Translations under genes and position numbers: made by a program
In this document: in pieces, positions 52,516 through 62,501 of the stretch
Layout: every line of letters begins with the position of its first letter
How positions within the stretch are numbered: the first letter of the stretch is position 1
Source: Candidatus Bathyarchaeota archaeon
Lineage (GTDB): Archaea > Thermoproteota > Bathyarchaeia > Bathyarchaeales > Bathycorpusculaceae
Length of the DNA stretch: 64,000 nucleotides
Direction of reading: 5' to 3'
Assembly (NCBI GenBank): GCA_963811105.1
Contig: CAWEPZ010000002.1
Coordinates: 352,001 to 416,000 of the forward strand
The notes under the pieces: generated by a model
Told to the model about the DNA's origin: nothing
The model's input: the letters and a program-made list of their open reading frames with translations, nothing else
Database searches by the model: none

Positions 52516-53941
52516 GCTTTTTCCTTATGCCAACGCACACCCTGCGCCGTGTCCTCAAGCACAATGCCCATGCTTTTGAGCTGAGTTCTTATGGCGTCTG
52601 CTTCTACTCCAATTCTTGGTTTTGCGGGCTTCTTTACGCTTCTGTATTAATGCATCAATTTCAGCAGGAAAAGCTTCTTCCACTTCCACTTTGCCAACCA
52701 ACGCCTAAAACCTCATCTATCTGCATCATTAATGCGCCAACCTGAGCTGCCTCTGCTTTACTAACTTTGTTTTCATCAAGTAAGTTGTTGATTTCCCTTA
52801 CAAAATCAAACAGCGACGCCAACGCTGTCCCAATGTCCAAATCATCATCCATTGAACCGCCAAAACAGGCTTCCAATTTTTCTACAAAAACAGCTACGGT
52901 TCCTTTGCTATCCTTGCCCTGGTCAACATCATGCAGGCGCCTCACAAAATTACGGAGCCTGTCTACTGCCTTCTTCGCAGATTCCAAACCTTCAAAAGTA
53001 AAATTGAATTGCTGTCGATAATGCGTAGACATGAGCAGGTAACGAATTGAAATTGGGTCATAATTCTTCGCCAGTAAGTCACGCAGAGTATAGAAGTTGC
53101 CAAGGCGTTTAGCCATCTTTTTGCCTTCGACTAGCAAATGCTCATTATGCAGCCAATAATTGACAAATTTCTTGCCTGTTGCCGATTCGCTTTGTGCAAT
53201 CTCGTTCTCATGGTGGGGAAACATGTTGTCTACTCCACCGCAGTGTATATCGAAGGTTTCGCCAAGATACTTCATGCTCATGGCGCTACATTCGATGTGC
53301 CAGCCAGGCCTTCCTTTACCCAACTCCGTTTCCCAAAACACCTCGCCATCTTCTGGCGTCCAAGCTTTCCAAAGCGCAAAATCCTGAGCCTCCTCCTTGG
53401 CATACTCGTCATGTTTGACCCGGGCGCCTGCTTTGAGCTCGTTAGTTTTGATTTTTGAGAGTTTACCATAATCAGGGAACTTGTTGATTGCGTAGTAGAT
53501 TGAGCCGTCTTCGCCACGGTAAGCGTAGCCCTTATCCATCAGGGTTTTGATTAAAGTAACCATTTCCGCAATGTGATCTGTGGCTCGGGGATAAACGTCC
53601 GCTGGTTCAATGTTTAGGGCTTTTATGTCTTCAAAAAATGCTTGCACGTAAAAGTCGGTGAATTGCCCAAGCGGTATCTGCTGTTTTTGACTGCCCTTAA
53701 TGGTTTTGTCGTCAATGTCAGTCAGATTCATAACGTGCGCAACTTTGAAGCCTCGGTGTATTAGCCAACGCTTAAGCAAATCCTCAAACAAAAAGGCCCT
53801 AAAATTACCAATATGCGCATAATCATAAACCGTGGGGCCGCATGTGTAAATCTTGACTTTGCCGGAATCTAACGGCTTAAAAATTTCCTTTTTACGCGTT
53901 AATGTATTAAAAAAGTATATGCTTGATTGAGGATTTGTCAT
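52496..53941 (-). CDS. cysS: Cysteine--tRNA ligase, two frameshifts near the 3' end (about 52700 and 52605); 3' end approximate
   Basis: [25 protein letters not shown]; anticodon-binding tail ([19 protein letters not shown]) in other frames. Confidence 0.93.
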
Positions 53942-54003
53942 TTTTCAGCCCGAAGAAAATACAATGGCCGAAATTATTTAAGTATTCCATTATAAGCCTT
54001 TAC

Positions 54004-55285
54004 CTAGATAATTGCTCCCTTAAGATAGGTAGACGAAGCTTCAGTAACCTTAACATTCAAAGTTTTGCCCATAAGGTTATTTGTGCTTCTTACGACTATG
54101 GGCTTGTAAGCTAAGTTGCGTCCTACCCAAGATCCTTCAACCTTCCCTTTCTCATCAACCAGCACCTCGCCAACCCAGCCGACCCAACGCTTATTGCACT
54201 CTAGGGAAATCTGCTTAACTAACCCTGCAGCAATGGTGCTTCTCCGCTTAGTCTCATCTCGCTCAACCAGACCAACATTTATTTGCGCTGCAGTCGTTTT
54301 GGGTCTTGCAAAAAACTTAGAAACATTGACGACGTCAGGCTTCACCTCCTCTAAGAACTTAAGTGTATTCTCAAAAGCTTCTACAGTTTCGCCTGGAAAA
54401 CCAACAATGATGTCAGTCGCAAGGGTCAACAGGGGAAACTCATTCCTAAAAGCTGAAACAATACTCTTGAAATCCTCTGAACCGTAAAATCTATGCATTC
54501 GCTTTAGTATTTCGTCATCACCACTTTGTACTGGCAAATGCAGAAACTTGAAAACCTTTTTGCTCCTGAAAGCGTCAATCAACTTAACTTGCATATCGGT
54601 TACCATATTGGGCGTCATCATGCCTACTCTAATCCTAAAGTCCCCAACTAAACCAACAAGCATCATCAAGGAGCTCTGCAAGGTTACTACGGATGTCTCT
54701 TCCGTAACAAGCGGTGTCTTGAGAAGTAATCCAAAACTCCTTTGCTCCAGCGGCAAGATCGCTCTCTACTCGGTCTGCAATTTCTTTGATGTTGTAGCTT
54801 CTCAGGTGACCACGAGCAAAAACTACACAGCAGTAGGCGCAGGAGCCCAAACAACCGTAATTGATCGGAACCACACTGATGACTGGGTTAGATTTGATTC
54901 TGGGTAAGTCCAGCTTAGGTTTTGCATTCGCTACCAATTCAATAACTTTTTCGCCTCTCCAAACGCGAGAAACGACATCAACTATTTCTTTTCCAACTGA
55001 AGGGCCCACTGCCCCATCGAAATGTACTTCGTTTACCAACCGCTCAAAACTAATCATCGGTAAACAACCCGCGACAATGAGCTTTTTTCCTTTTGGCGTA
55101 TGCTTTAGGGCGTTAATTATGCGGTTTTCTGTTGGACCTTTAACGGCGCAGGTATTGTAGATTATTACGTCGGCCGTAGCTTCTGAAGTTGTCAGCTGGA
55201 ACCCACCTTGGGCAAGGCAGCCTGATAAGACTTCGCTATCAGCGCTATTAGCCGAACAGCCAAAGCTACGAACGAAAACCTTCAA
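54004..55285 (-). CDS. Radical-SAM tRNA methylthiotransferase (MtaB/CDKAL1-like), frameshift at about 54660
   Basis: FGCSAN, NTCAV, AGC, GCLGSCAYC, HLPVQSG, IIVGFPGE, TRAM domain. Confidence 0.9.
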
Positions 55286-55499
55286 AGAGCATGTATCACC
55301 AGCCCGTAAGAAGCTTCAACAAGAAATAAAAACATAAGGGTTCCTGAACGGGAATTGACAAAAACTTGCAACATCATCATTTAAATGCTTATAAGGACTG
55401 GCATGAACATGTTATAAGCATATTTAAGGCATGATATATAGAGGTATATCACAGAAGAACTCGTTTGTTTATTCACCCACTAATAGGAGCCATAACTAA

Positions 55500-55655
55500 A
55501 TGAAACTAATTACTCTTTATTTGCCTGAAACGTATATAAAAGCTTTGGACCAGCTGGTTGACGAGCGGTTCTATCCAAACCGCGCCGAAGCCATCAGAGT
55601 CGCAATTCGAGACCTTATCAGCGCTGAAGTCTGGAGGAGAAAAGGTGTTGACTAA
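55500..55655 (+). CDS. CdrS-like ribbon-helix-helix protein (not in ORF track)
   Basis: Hand translation MKLITLYLPETYIKALDQLVDERFYPNRAEAIRVAIRDLISAEVWRRKGVD; GGAG RBS. Confidence 0.85.
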   Translation: MKLITLYLPETYIKALDQLVDERFYPNRAEAIRVAIRDLISAEVWRRKGVD

Positions 55656-55938
55656 GAATTTACATGACGACGGCCTAAAATCGCCATTAGAAATCGAAGA
55701 TACGAAGGTTGCGAGGGTTCCAAAAACCATTGATCACTCCATGATAATTGGTGAATCCAGTGTTATTCGGAAACCTAAAACTAAAATGAATAACAGGATG
55801 GTTAAATCTAAAATGCCGGTTAAAAAAATATGCAGACTGGAAAAAGCAACACAGCACCTCTATGACCTTGAAGATGCGCATGGCCCAGAAAAACCATTAA
55901 ACATAGACTTCGGTCTCTACCAAATGGAAGACTATTAA
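55648..55938 (+). CDS. Hypothetical protein overlapping the end of the RHH gene
   Basis: TTG start overlapping the upstream gene end, purine-rich RBS. Confidence 0.6.
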   Translation: MTKNLHDDGLKSPLEIEDTKVARVPKTIDHSMIIGESSVIRKPKTKMNNRMVKSKMPVKKICRLEKATQHLYDLEDAHGPEKPLNIDFGLYQMEDY

Positions 55939-56017
55939 CATTCTTTTTTCTTTTTAACTAACTTTTGTGATTTCCCCTCCAGAAAAGCTATTATTCTCAA
56001 AAAATCCTTTAAGATCT

Positions 56018-56728
56018 ATGAGCGTTATACTTACCCAATTAAGAGAAGAACTCAAAACTAATACAGACCCGCAAACGCAAAAAAGTTTTCAGCGCTTTTT
56101 CAAAGAACAAGTAAAGTATTATGGCGTTAAAACTGACGTTGTAGGTAAAATAGCTAAAAAATATTGGAAAGAAGTAAAAAACTTGGATAAAGAAGCAATT
56201 TTCACGCTTTGTGAAGAGCTTTACCGTTCCGATTATACAGAGGAAGCCTTTGTAGTGGCGTTTTGGCTGCCAAACTATATTGACAACCTTCAACTAAACG
56301 ATTTGTCAATGTTCAAAACCTGGATTGAACGGTACATTAACAATTGGGCAAAATGCGACGGCTTGTGCAATCACACTATTGGCGACTTAATCCAGAAATA
56401 CCCAAAAGCCTTAGGCGAATTGAAAAGCTGGGCTAAAAGCAAAAACCGTTGGCTTAAACGGGCTGCGGCTGTTTCGCTTATTGTTCCAGCAAAAAAAGGC
56501 TGTTTTCTGCAAGATGCTTTCGAAATAAGCGACACATTGCTAATGGACGAGGATGATATGGTTCAGAAAGGTTATGGTTGGCTGCTTAAAGAGGAGAGCC
56601 GGCTGCATCAGAGGGAAGTTTTCGACTACGTTTTTAGAAACCGCAATGTTATGCCTCGAACTGCTCTTCGGTATGCTATTGAGTTGATGCCTAAAGAACT
56701 TAAATCTCAGGCGATGAAGAAAGCTTAG
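56018..56728 (+). CDS. DNA alkylation repair protein (AlkD family)
   Basis: YINNWAKCD, WAKSKNRWLKR, MVQKGYGWLLKE, RTALRYAIE. Confidence 0.9.
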   Translation: MSVILTQLREELKTNTDPQTQKSFQRFFKEQVKYYGVKTDVVGKIAKKYWKEVKNLDKEAIFTLCEELYRSDYTEEAFVVAFWLPNYIDNLQLNDLSMFKTWIERYINNWAKCDGLCNHTIGDLIQKYPKALGELKSWAKSKNRWLKRAAAVSLIVPAKKGCFLQDAFEISDTLLMDEDDMVQKGYGWLLKEESRLHQREVFDYVFRNRNVMPRTALRYAIELMPKELKSQAMKKA

Positions 56729-56750
56729 GTTGTAATATTTTTTTTCGGCT

Positions 56751-57860
56751 TTACGTTTTCCAGTCAGGTCCAGTCTTTTTGCGGAATGCTATCACTTGGA
56801 TGTGGCCGACAATTATTAGAATCATCCAAATTGTTGAGTAGAAAAAGTAGTAGACGAACAATTCATGTAATTTCATCTCCTTGAACCCGAGTTTTCTTGA
56901 GAGACCATAGAAAACGCCAGCAGTCATGGCAAAACCCGATATAGAAATGATTACGATCTTTAGTAAATCTGCTGTACCCAGTGAAATCAAAAAGACTGGT
57001 AGCATAATGTTAAATTTTAATGAAAGAAACAATGAGAAAAACAGCAGAGAATTGTACATCCACAGACTCGGCACTAAAGCGCTTAGAAAAAAAATGGCGA
57101 CTGACGGGTAAAGAAAGAATAGTCCGGGCAGAAAAACTTGAGGTTTTTTGAAAAATTTCTTGGCTAACTCACGATACCAGGTTACTAACCACAAGGCTTG
57201 ACCGATTGCCCATCTTCGGCGTTGCTTAAACCATTTTCCCCATTCTGAGTAAACGACGTTTTTAACTTCTAGATCGTTGCTATAGGCGAAACTGCTGTCA
57301 TCCAAGAATGCTCGTGTGGCGATGTCTATGTCTTCAGCAACGACTTTGTGAAAGCCGCCGACTTTTTCAAATGTTTCTCGTTTAATGGCAAAAGCTGCTC
57401 CGTTCACTGCGGGGCATTTATGCAGGTATTTTGACGACAGCCATGCGCTGACATTATAGGTGAAGTATTCGTAGTATGCCATTTTAGATAAGAAGGATTT
57501 TCCTTTTACAACTTTCTTTTTTATGTCCAGCAGATCAGTGTTCTTTATTTCCATGATTATTTTTCTGAGAAAATCAGGGTCATTTGTTACTTGTACATCA
57601 GAGTCCAAGAATAGCAGCACTTTACCTGAAGACAATTTAAAGGTGCTGTTTAATGCGTTTGCTTTTCCAACTCTTTGCTTGTTAATTATGAATGTGACGT
57701 TTTCTCTTTCTAAGAATTTGATTTTCTGTATAAAATCGTCTGTAGGTGTATCTACTGTTACAAAAATTTCCTTAGTTACGTTCTGTGAACTTAGCTCATT
57801 TAGTAGGGATTCTAACTGATTTGATTCTTTGTAAATAGGGATGAAGATGCTGATGTCCAC
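56751..57860 (-). CDS. Membrane-bound GT2 glycosyltransferase
   Basis: IPIYKE, GKANALN, LDSD, AED, QRRRW; C-terminal TM helices. Confidence 0.9.
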   Translation of the reverse strand: MDISIFIPIYKESNQLESLLNELSSQNVTKEIFVTVDTPTDDFIQKIKFLERENVTFIINKQRVGKANALNSTFKLSSGKVLLFLDSDVQVTNDPDFLRKIIMEIKNTDLLDIKKKVVKGKSFLSKMAYYEYFTYNVSAWLSSKYLHKCPAVNGAAFAIKRETFEKVGGFHKVVAEDIDIATRAFLDDSSFAYSNDLEVKNVVYSEWGKWFKQRRRWAIGQALWLVTWYRELAKKFFKKPQVFLPGLFFLYPSVAIFFLSALVPSLWMYNSLLFFSLFLSLKFNIMLPVFLISLGTADLLKIVIISISGFAMTAGVFYGLSRKLGFKEMKLHELFVYYFFYSTIWMILIIVGHIQVIAFRKKTGPDWKT

Positions 57861-58050
57861 TGCGAATCCTCAAATAGTCAACGTAAGTGCACTTGGTTAT
57901 TTTCAAATGACTTTTTAAATTATTCTATAAAAAAAGGGATTAGATACGTGACGTATGGTAAAAAAATGCTTTTGTTAAGGATTATTCAGGTTTTTCTTTC
58001 GTGTTTTACAGGTAAATTATTATTTACCTCAGAAGATTGCTATTGGCGTT

Positions 58051-59052
58051 ATGACTCGGGTTAAGGCTTTAAGTTTACTTTCTGGCGGTTTGGACAGCAT
58101 ACTTGCTACCGAGCTTGTTCTCAGGCAAGGGATTGAAGTGGTAGCCTTTAACATTAAAACTCCTTTTGGTATTCCAAAGAAAGATGGCGCCAGTGAAGCC
58201 TCTCAAGCTGCGGAACAATTAAAGGTTCCCCTGAAAGTTGTGGAAGTCGAAAATGATTACCTGAAAATGCTTCGCAATCCAAAGTATGGTTACGGCAGAA
58301 ACATGAACCCTTGCATTGACTGCAAAATCTTTATGATAAAGAAAGCCAAAAAATACGCCAGAGAAATTGGCGCAGATTTCCTTTTCACAGGCGAAGTTCT
58401 TGGCGAAAGACCAAAGTCCCAGCATTCTCCTGCCCTGAGGATAATCGAGAAAGACTCTGGCTTGAAAGGTAGACTTTTGAGGCCTCTGTCTGCAAAGTTG
58501 TTACCTGAAACGGCGGCTGAAAAAAAGGGCTTAATTGACCGAACTAAACTGCTTGCAATTCAGGGTAGGTCAAGAAAGCCTCAGTTCCAACTTGCACGCG
58601 AATTTGGAATCACAAGTTATCCAACTCCAGCGGGCGGATGCCTCCTAACATGCGAAGAATATGCAAAGAAGCTCAGAGATCTTTTCGACAACAAAAAACG
58701 AATCTCCATGGCAGATATATCATTGCTCCGTGTTGGAAGGCATTTCAGATTAGGCAAAAACAAAATAGTTGTCGGGAGGAATGAGGCAGAGAACAAGTTT
58801 CTAATCTTACAAAAGTCGCAAAGTGAATATTACTTTGAACTGCCCGATGTTGTTGGTCCAATTACTATTTTGCAGGGACCCAAAACAAAAGTTGCCATTG
58901 AAACTGCAGCGAAGTTAACCGCGTTTTATTCTGACGCAAAGACGAATGAGATTAAAGTCAACTTTGGCAGAGAAACCCTCGACAAATCTACTTTAGTGAA
59001 GGTTCCTGAAAAGACTGAAGTAGAAAAACTGAGAGTTGGCAGAGTGAAGTAG
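58051..59052 (+). CDS. PP-loop tRNA sulfurtransferase (ThiI/MnmA-like, DUF814-type)
   Basis: SGGLDS, NPCIDCK, TGEVLGERP, PAGGCLLT, GRHFR. Confidence 0.85.
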   Translation: MTRVKALSLLSGGLDSILATELVLRQGIEVVAFNIKTPFGIPKKDGASEASQAAEQLKVPLKVVEVENDYLKMLRNPKYGYGRNMNPCIDCKIFMIKKAKKYAREIGADFLFTGEVLGERPKSQHSPALRIIEKDSGLKGRLLRPLSAKLLPETAAEKKGLIDRTKLLAIQGRSRKPQFQLAREFGITSYPTPAGGCLLTCEEYAKKLRDLFDNKKRISMADISLLRVGRHFRLGKNKIVVGRNEAENKFLILQKSQSEYYFELPDVVGPITILQGPKTKVAIETAAKLTAFYSDAKTNEIKVNFGRETLDKSTLVKVPEKTEVEKLRVGRVK

Positions 59053-59139
59053 TCGTTTAAGAGAGTCTTTGACTTCTATCTGGGGAGCAGCGATAGGTAA
59101 ATTATATTTGTTAGTGTTTTCATTAAAGTGCCCGCAGAG

Positions 59140-59217
59140 GGGTCCGTGGCGCAGTACGGATAGCGCGTCAGCCTTCTAAGCTGAAAGTCATGGGTTCAAA
59201 TCCCATCGGACCCGCCA
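59140..59217 (+). tRNA. tRNA-Arg(TCT), intron-less, CCA encoded
   Basis: Acceptor stem GGGTCCG/CGGACCC, anticodon arm TCAGC-ctTCTaa-GCTGA, T arm ATGGG-TTCAAAT-CCCAT. Confidence 0.95.
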
Positions 59218-59241
59218 ACTCTAGCGCGAAAGATATACTGC

Positions 59242-59255
59242 TTTTTTCTTTTTTT
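59242..59255 (+). terminator. Oligo-T tract after the tRNA
   Basis: ttttttcttttttt. Confidence 0.5.
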
Positions 59256-59304
59256 AAGAGTTTTTTAAGTGTTTTAGCTGCGTCTATGCAGGAGGCTTCT
59301 CTAG

Positions 59305-59547
59305 TTGCCTAGAGACTCTAAGCTTTTAGCTCAGTTGATGGAGGATCCAGTTTTTGAGTGTGTTGAGACGTTTTGCTGCCAAAGGCGCCGCGACGTAACA
59401 CTTGATTTATCTGTATCCAGGAGGCCTTTGGGCAGTATTGTTTCTGGGGTTCCGGTGTCCTGCAGTTGTGAGGCGAGTTGCAGCAAAGGCATTTTTTGTT
59501 TGCTGAAGGTTAACCGGATTACTATGGGCAGGAGAACGAATCGGTGA
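59305..59547 (+). CDS. Cys-rich hypothetical protein
   Basis: 80 aa with 7 Cys; stop overlaps the next start (GTGA). Confidence 0.55.
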   Translation: MPRDSKLLAQLMEDPVFECVETFCCQRRRDVTLDLSVSRRPLGSIVSGVPVSCSCEASCSKGIFCLLKVNRITMGRRTNR

Positions 59548-59768
59548 AGCAAATCTGTCTCTATGTCCCGAGGGTCTGCATTAACCTTCTAGATGAGTTA
59601 GTTGATTTGGGTTTTTACCCTAAAAGAGCTGAAGCGATCAGGCTTGCCATTCGTACTTTGCTTTCTAAGCACGGCAAGTTTATGGTGCAAACTGACTATA
59701 AACCGCCTGAAAAAAACGTGTTATCGGCCGTTGAAAAGCGCCTGGAGGCTTCTATTAATGACGATTGA
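59544..59768 (+). CDS. RHH protein, paralog of 55500-55655
   Basis: MKQICLYVP...LDELV..GFYPKRAEAIRLAIRTLL. Confidence 0.85.
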   Translation: MKQICLYVPRVCINLLDELVDLGFYPKRAEAIRLAIRTLLSKHGKFMVQTDYKPPEKNVLSAVEKRLEASINDD

Positions 59769-60120
59769 ACCTCAGAATCGGGGGTTTAGTCTTCCCAAGT
59801 ACGGCAGCCTGGAATCCTTGAGGTTGAAATCCAAGAAGGCCTACGACCTAGTTAATTCAGTCAGCATAAAGTTTGGCAGTTCTATTCGTTGGGCGGAGCG
59901 CTATGTAATCTCTGAAATGATTACTGAAAATAGCTGTCTTGATAATCGGATTTTCCGCAAGGTTCTGAGTGATCCGCCTATTTACTTTAAGTTTCACGGC
60001 AACAAATTTAGTCACTCGTTAGAGTTTTACTGCAAAGACATACCGGTTCTTGAAACTGTCAAGCAGGCTTTTCCCAATGATTTTCCGTATGATGTGCAGA
60101 TTAAGGAGGGCCTTGTTTGA
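59758..60120 (+). CDS. Hypothetical protein
   Basis: ATG overlaps the RHH gene end; stop overlaps the next start. Confidence 0.6.
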   Translation: MTIEPQNRGFSLPKYGSLESLRLKSKKAYDLVNSVSIKFGSSIRWAERYVISEMITENSCLDNRIFRKVLSDPPIYFKFHGNKFSHSLEFYCKDIPVLETVKQAFPNDFPYDVQIKEGLV

Positions 60121-60383
60121 CTAAGTGGGTGCCTCTTTGGAATGTATACTATAAAGAGATTGACGTCGGAAAATCTGATAGCTGTGGTATTCGTCCTGAG
60201 GAATCTTTGCCTTTAAACGCTTGTGAGTTTGCAGGTGCACTGCTCGAGTATACTCTGGGCGCTCGCAGCTGTTCCGGTGCCGATGGAACCTTCTGTCCCA
60301 AATCCAGTTTTGGAAATCCTTCCGTTTATTGTTCATGTCCTACCCGGCTTGAGAAACTGAAAAACAGAAAAGATTTGCCTTAA
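60117..60383 (+). CDS. Cys-rich hypothetical protein
   Basis: 88 aa with 6 Cys; preceded by GGAGG RBS. Confidence 0.6.
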   Translation: MTKWVPLWNVYYKEIDVGKSDSCGIRPEESLPLNACEFAGALLEYTLGARSCSGADGTFCPKSSFGNPSVYCSCPTRLEKLKNRKDLP

Positions 60384-60513
60384 CGAGGAGAGCTGTTCTG
60401 CAGAAAAAACTGATGATACAAGTCAAAAAGTTTTAGATTCAAAGTCTAGAGTAAAATTTGACTCTAGGTGTGGTGACATTCAATTTGATCGTGACACTTT
60501 TCGCAAATGGGTT

Positions 60514-61356
60514 TTGCCTCTCCTTAGGCGAATTGATGCTGGTGATTACCCTACTCAGGCAGGTCATATCCTTGGTTTGAAAAAGCAGCATACGTGGTAT
60601 TACATCAAAAAGCTGGAGAAATGCCAATTTATTCATCGGGAAAAACGCAGCAACGTCTTGTTCTATTTGCTCACTGAGGAAAGTCAAAAACTTCTCAGGT
60701 CATGTGAGGGCACTGTGTTTCCCGCCGAACTTTATCGCTTTGATAAGTGTCAGGTTTCTTATGAGATTCTTTCTGAGGGTCGATATCCCAAGGGTTCGTT
60801 TAGGCCAGTGGAGATGGTAAACTGGACCGCGCTGCTGGGCACTGAACTAGGGGTTAAGGTTAAGCATACGCCTAGGAGCTGGATTGTTCATGTAGAGGTT
60901 ATCCAGGGCAGGAACGCTATAGAAGTTACAAATTTAGCGATGAACTTGGCCAACCGTGTGAGTAATGCTCTCTGCAGCAAATACGGCTGTGTTCTAGGCG
61001 AAGGGAAGGTTATCGCTGGAGAGATCGCGCACGTGGACCCGATTGCCTCTTTGTTCGGTCAATATTTCACTGTGCGAGCTAACAACCGCAAGATTGACCA
61101 TAGCTGGGGTCCAGGCGAATTAGAACACACTCAGCGAGATGCAGTGGTTGATTATCTGCAGATGCCCGAGGGAGTCAAGAAAATTGAAGTTGAAGTTTTA
61201 GCTGTCCGAGGTGAAGTTGCGAGGCTGAGGGTAGAGATTGCAGGTCTTCGGAGTGATCTTGGTTTATTGACTTCAACTTTGAAAGAGGTCTTTGGGTTAG
61301 ATGGTAACGGATCCGCGAAGACACCTGATACAGGAGCTAAGGAATATGTCACATAA
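60514..61356 (+). CDS. wHTH protein with an unknown central domain and C-terminal coiled coil (true start may be upstream)
   Basis: YPTQAGHILGLKKQHTWYYIKKLEK..I HTH; heptad repeat near the C-terminus; frame open from 60361. Confidence 0.75.
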   Translation: MPLLRRIDAGDYPTQAGHILGLKKQHTWYYIKKLEKCQFIHREKRSNVLFYLLTEESQKLLRSCEGTVFPAELYRFDKCQVSYEILSEGRYPKGSFRPVEMVNWTALLGTELGVKVKHTPRSWIVHVEVIQGRNAIEVTNLAMNLANRVSNALCSKYGCVLGEGKVIAGEIAHVDPIASLFGQYFTVRANNRKIDHSWGPGELEHTQRDAVVDYLQMPEGVKKIEVEVLAVRGEVARLRVEIAGLRSDLGLLTSTLKEVFGLDGNGSAKTPDTGAKEYVT

Positions 61357-61703
61357 AAGACAGTATCTAGGTCGCGTTAATTATCATGAGCGACGCACTG
61401 GAGAACAAGTCGCCGATATTTGGATAAGCTTGTGGTTTCTGAGGGCACCCAAGACGTAGCTAAAGGTTCAGTAGATGGAGGAAATAGCTATGTGTCTTAG
61501 GATGGTTCCAGAAAATCCCGAACTTAAAATCGCAATAAAAGCAGTAAAAACCTGTTCAAAAGCCTTTTCAGCATACAGCCTTAGGCATGGTAAAAGTCCA
61601 TGCTTTTCACAAGTCGCTTTTCTGCAATTAGTTAGTCCTGATTATCCACTGCTAATTCTGCCTTGTGTTGATGGAGCAAAAAACTTGGAGTGTGCATTCT
61701 GAT

Positions 61704-62156
61704 ATGGAAACAAGTGAAAAACCTGTTCAAACCCCCAAAAAGAAGCGTAGCCTAAGCGATAAAATTGGTCGTTTAAAGCATAATCAGCAGCTACTCAAAC
61801 AGACCTTAGCAGAGGTAGAGGAAGTTAAGCTCATGCTACGCACAATCTTTGCAGGCTTAAAAGATACTTTCAATTTTGATAAATCACTAATCGAGCGTGT
61901 GGCTTGCAAAGATGAGATTGATCGCGAGATTTTGCAATTACTGTTTGAAGCTGGATCGCTCGGTTTGTTGCCAAAAGATTTAGCCGTTAAACTTGAAAGA
62001 TTTAAGATTACCAGACATCAGGTCAGCAGAAGAATTCAAAAAATGAATAAGCGCCTTGAGAAGGAGTTCGGCGAGCAAATTGCAGAACAAAGAGGCTGGC
62101 ACTGGGCGCTCACAAGCTTAGCCAGAGATAGCTGGGGCAAAACAGAAGAAGAGTAA
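61704..62156 (+). CDS. Coiled-coil plus winged-HTH protein
   Basis: DEIDREILQLL..GLLPKDLA..ITRHQVSRRI..RGWHWALT. Confidence 0.75.
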   Translation: METSEKPVQTPKKKRSLSDKIGRLKHNQQLLKQTLAEVEEVKLMLRTIFAGLKDTFNFDKSLIERVACKDEIDREILQLLFEAGSLGLLPKDLAVKLERFKITRHQVSRRIQKMNKRLEKEFGEQIAEQRGWHWALTSLARDSWGKTEEE

Positions 62157-62288
62157 GTCAGAAACTTAAGGTAATGACCACTAGGTCCACGTGAAACAAT
62201 GAGGCTTGTAAATAACAAGTTATAAATAACAGTAAACACTTAAATATTTACGGCGATAAAAGAACCCGCAATAATTGAGGTTAAGTAC

Positions 62289-62501
62289 ATGGATGAAGGA
62301 AAAAAAGTTATCATTAGTTTTCTTAGAGTCACTGGAATCCTGTTAATTGGTTTTCCGATTTTTGTTTACTTCGGTAATCAAAAGGAATTGTCTCCAATTT
62401 TGCCTTTTGTAGCCATAAGTATGCTTATCGGAGCAATTTTTCTTGCTGTTTCAACTATAATTTGGTGGAAAAATAGGGAAAATTTAGGTGAACAAAAGTG
62501 A
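62289..62501 (+). CDS. Small two-TM protein
   Basis: Two hydrophobic helices; stop overlaps the next start. Confidence 0.65.
   Translation: MDEGKKVIISFLRVTGILLIGFPIFVYFGNQKELSPILPFVAISMLIGAIFLAVSTIIWWKNRENLGEQK

Larger units (their letters stand above)
59290..62200 (+). mobile_element. Putative tRNA-integrated element (provirus/plasmid-like gene string); right boundary unknown
   Basis: Overlapping small orphan ORFs, an RHH and two wHTH genes begin right after the tRNA; no integrase or att repeat visible. Confidence 0.5.

Noticed and set aside
55558-55647. N-terminal part of the 126-aa ORF in the track
   Set aside because: It overlaps the better-supported RHH gene in another frame; the start was moved to 55648
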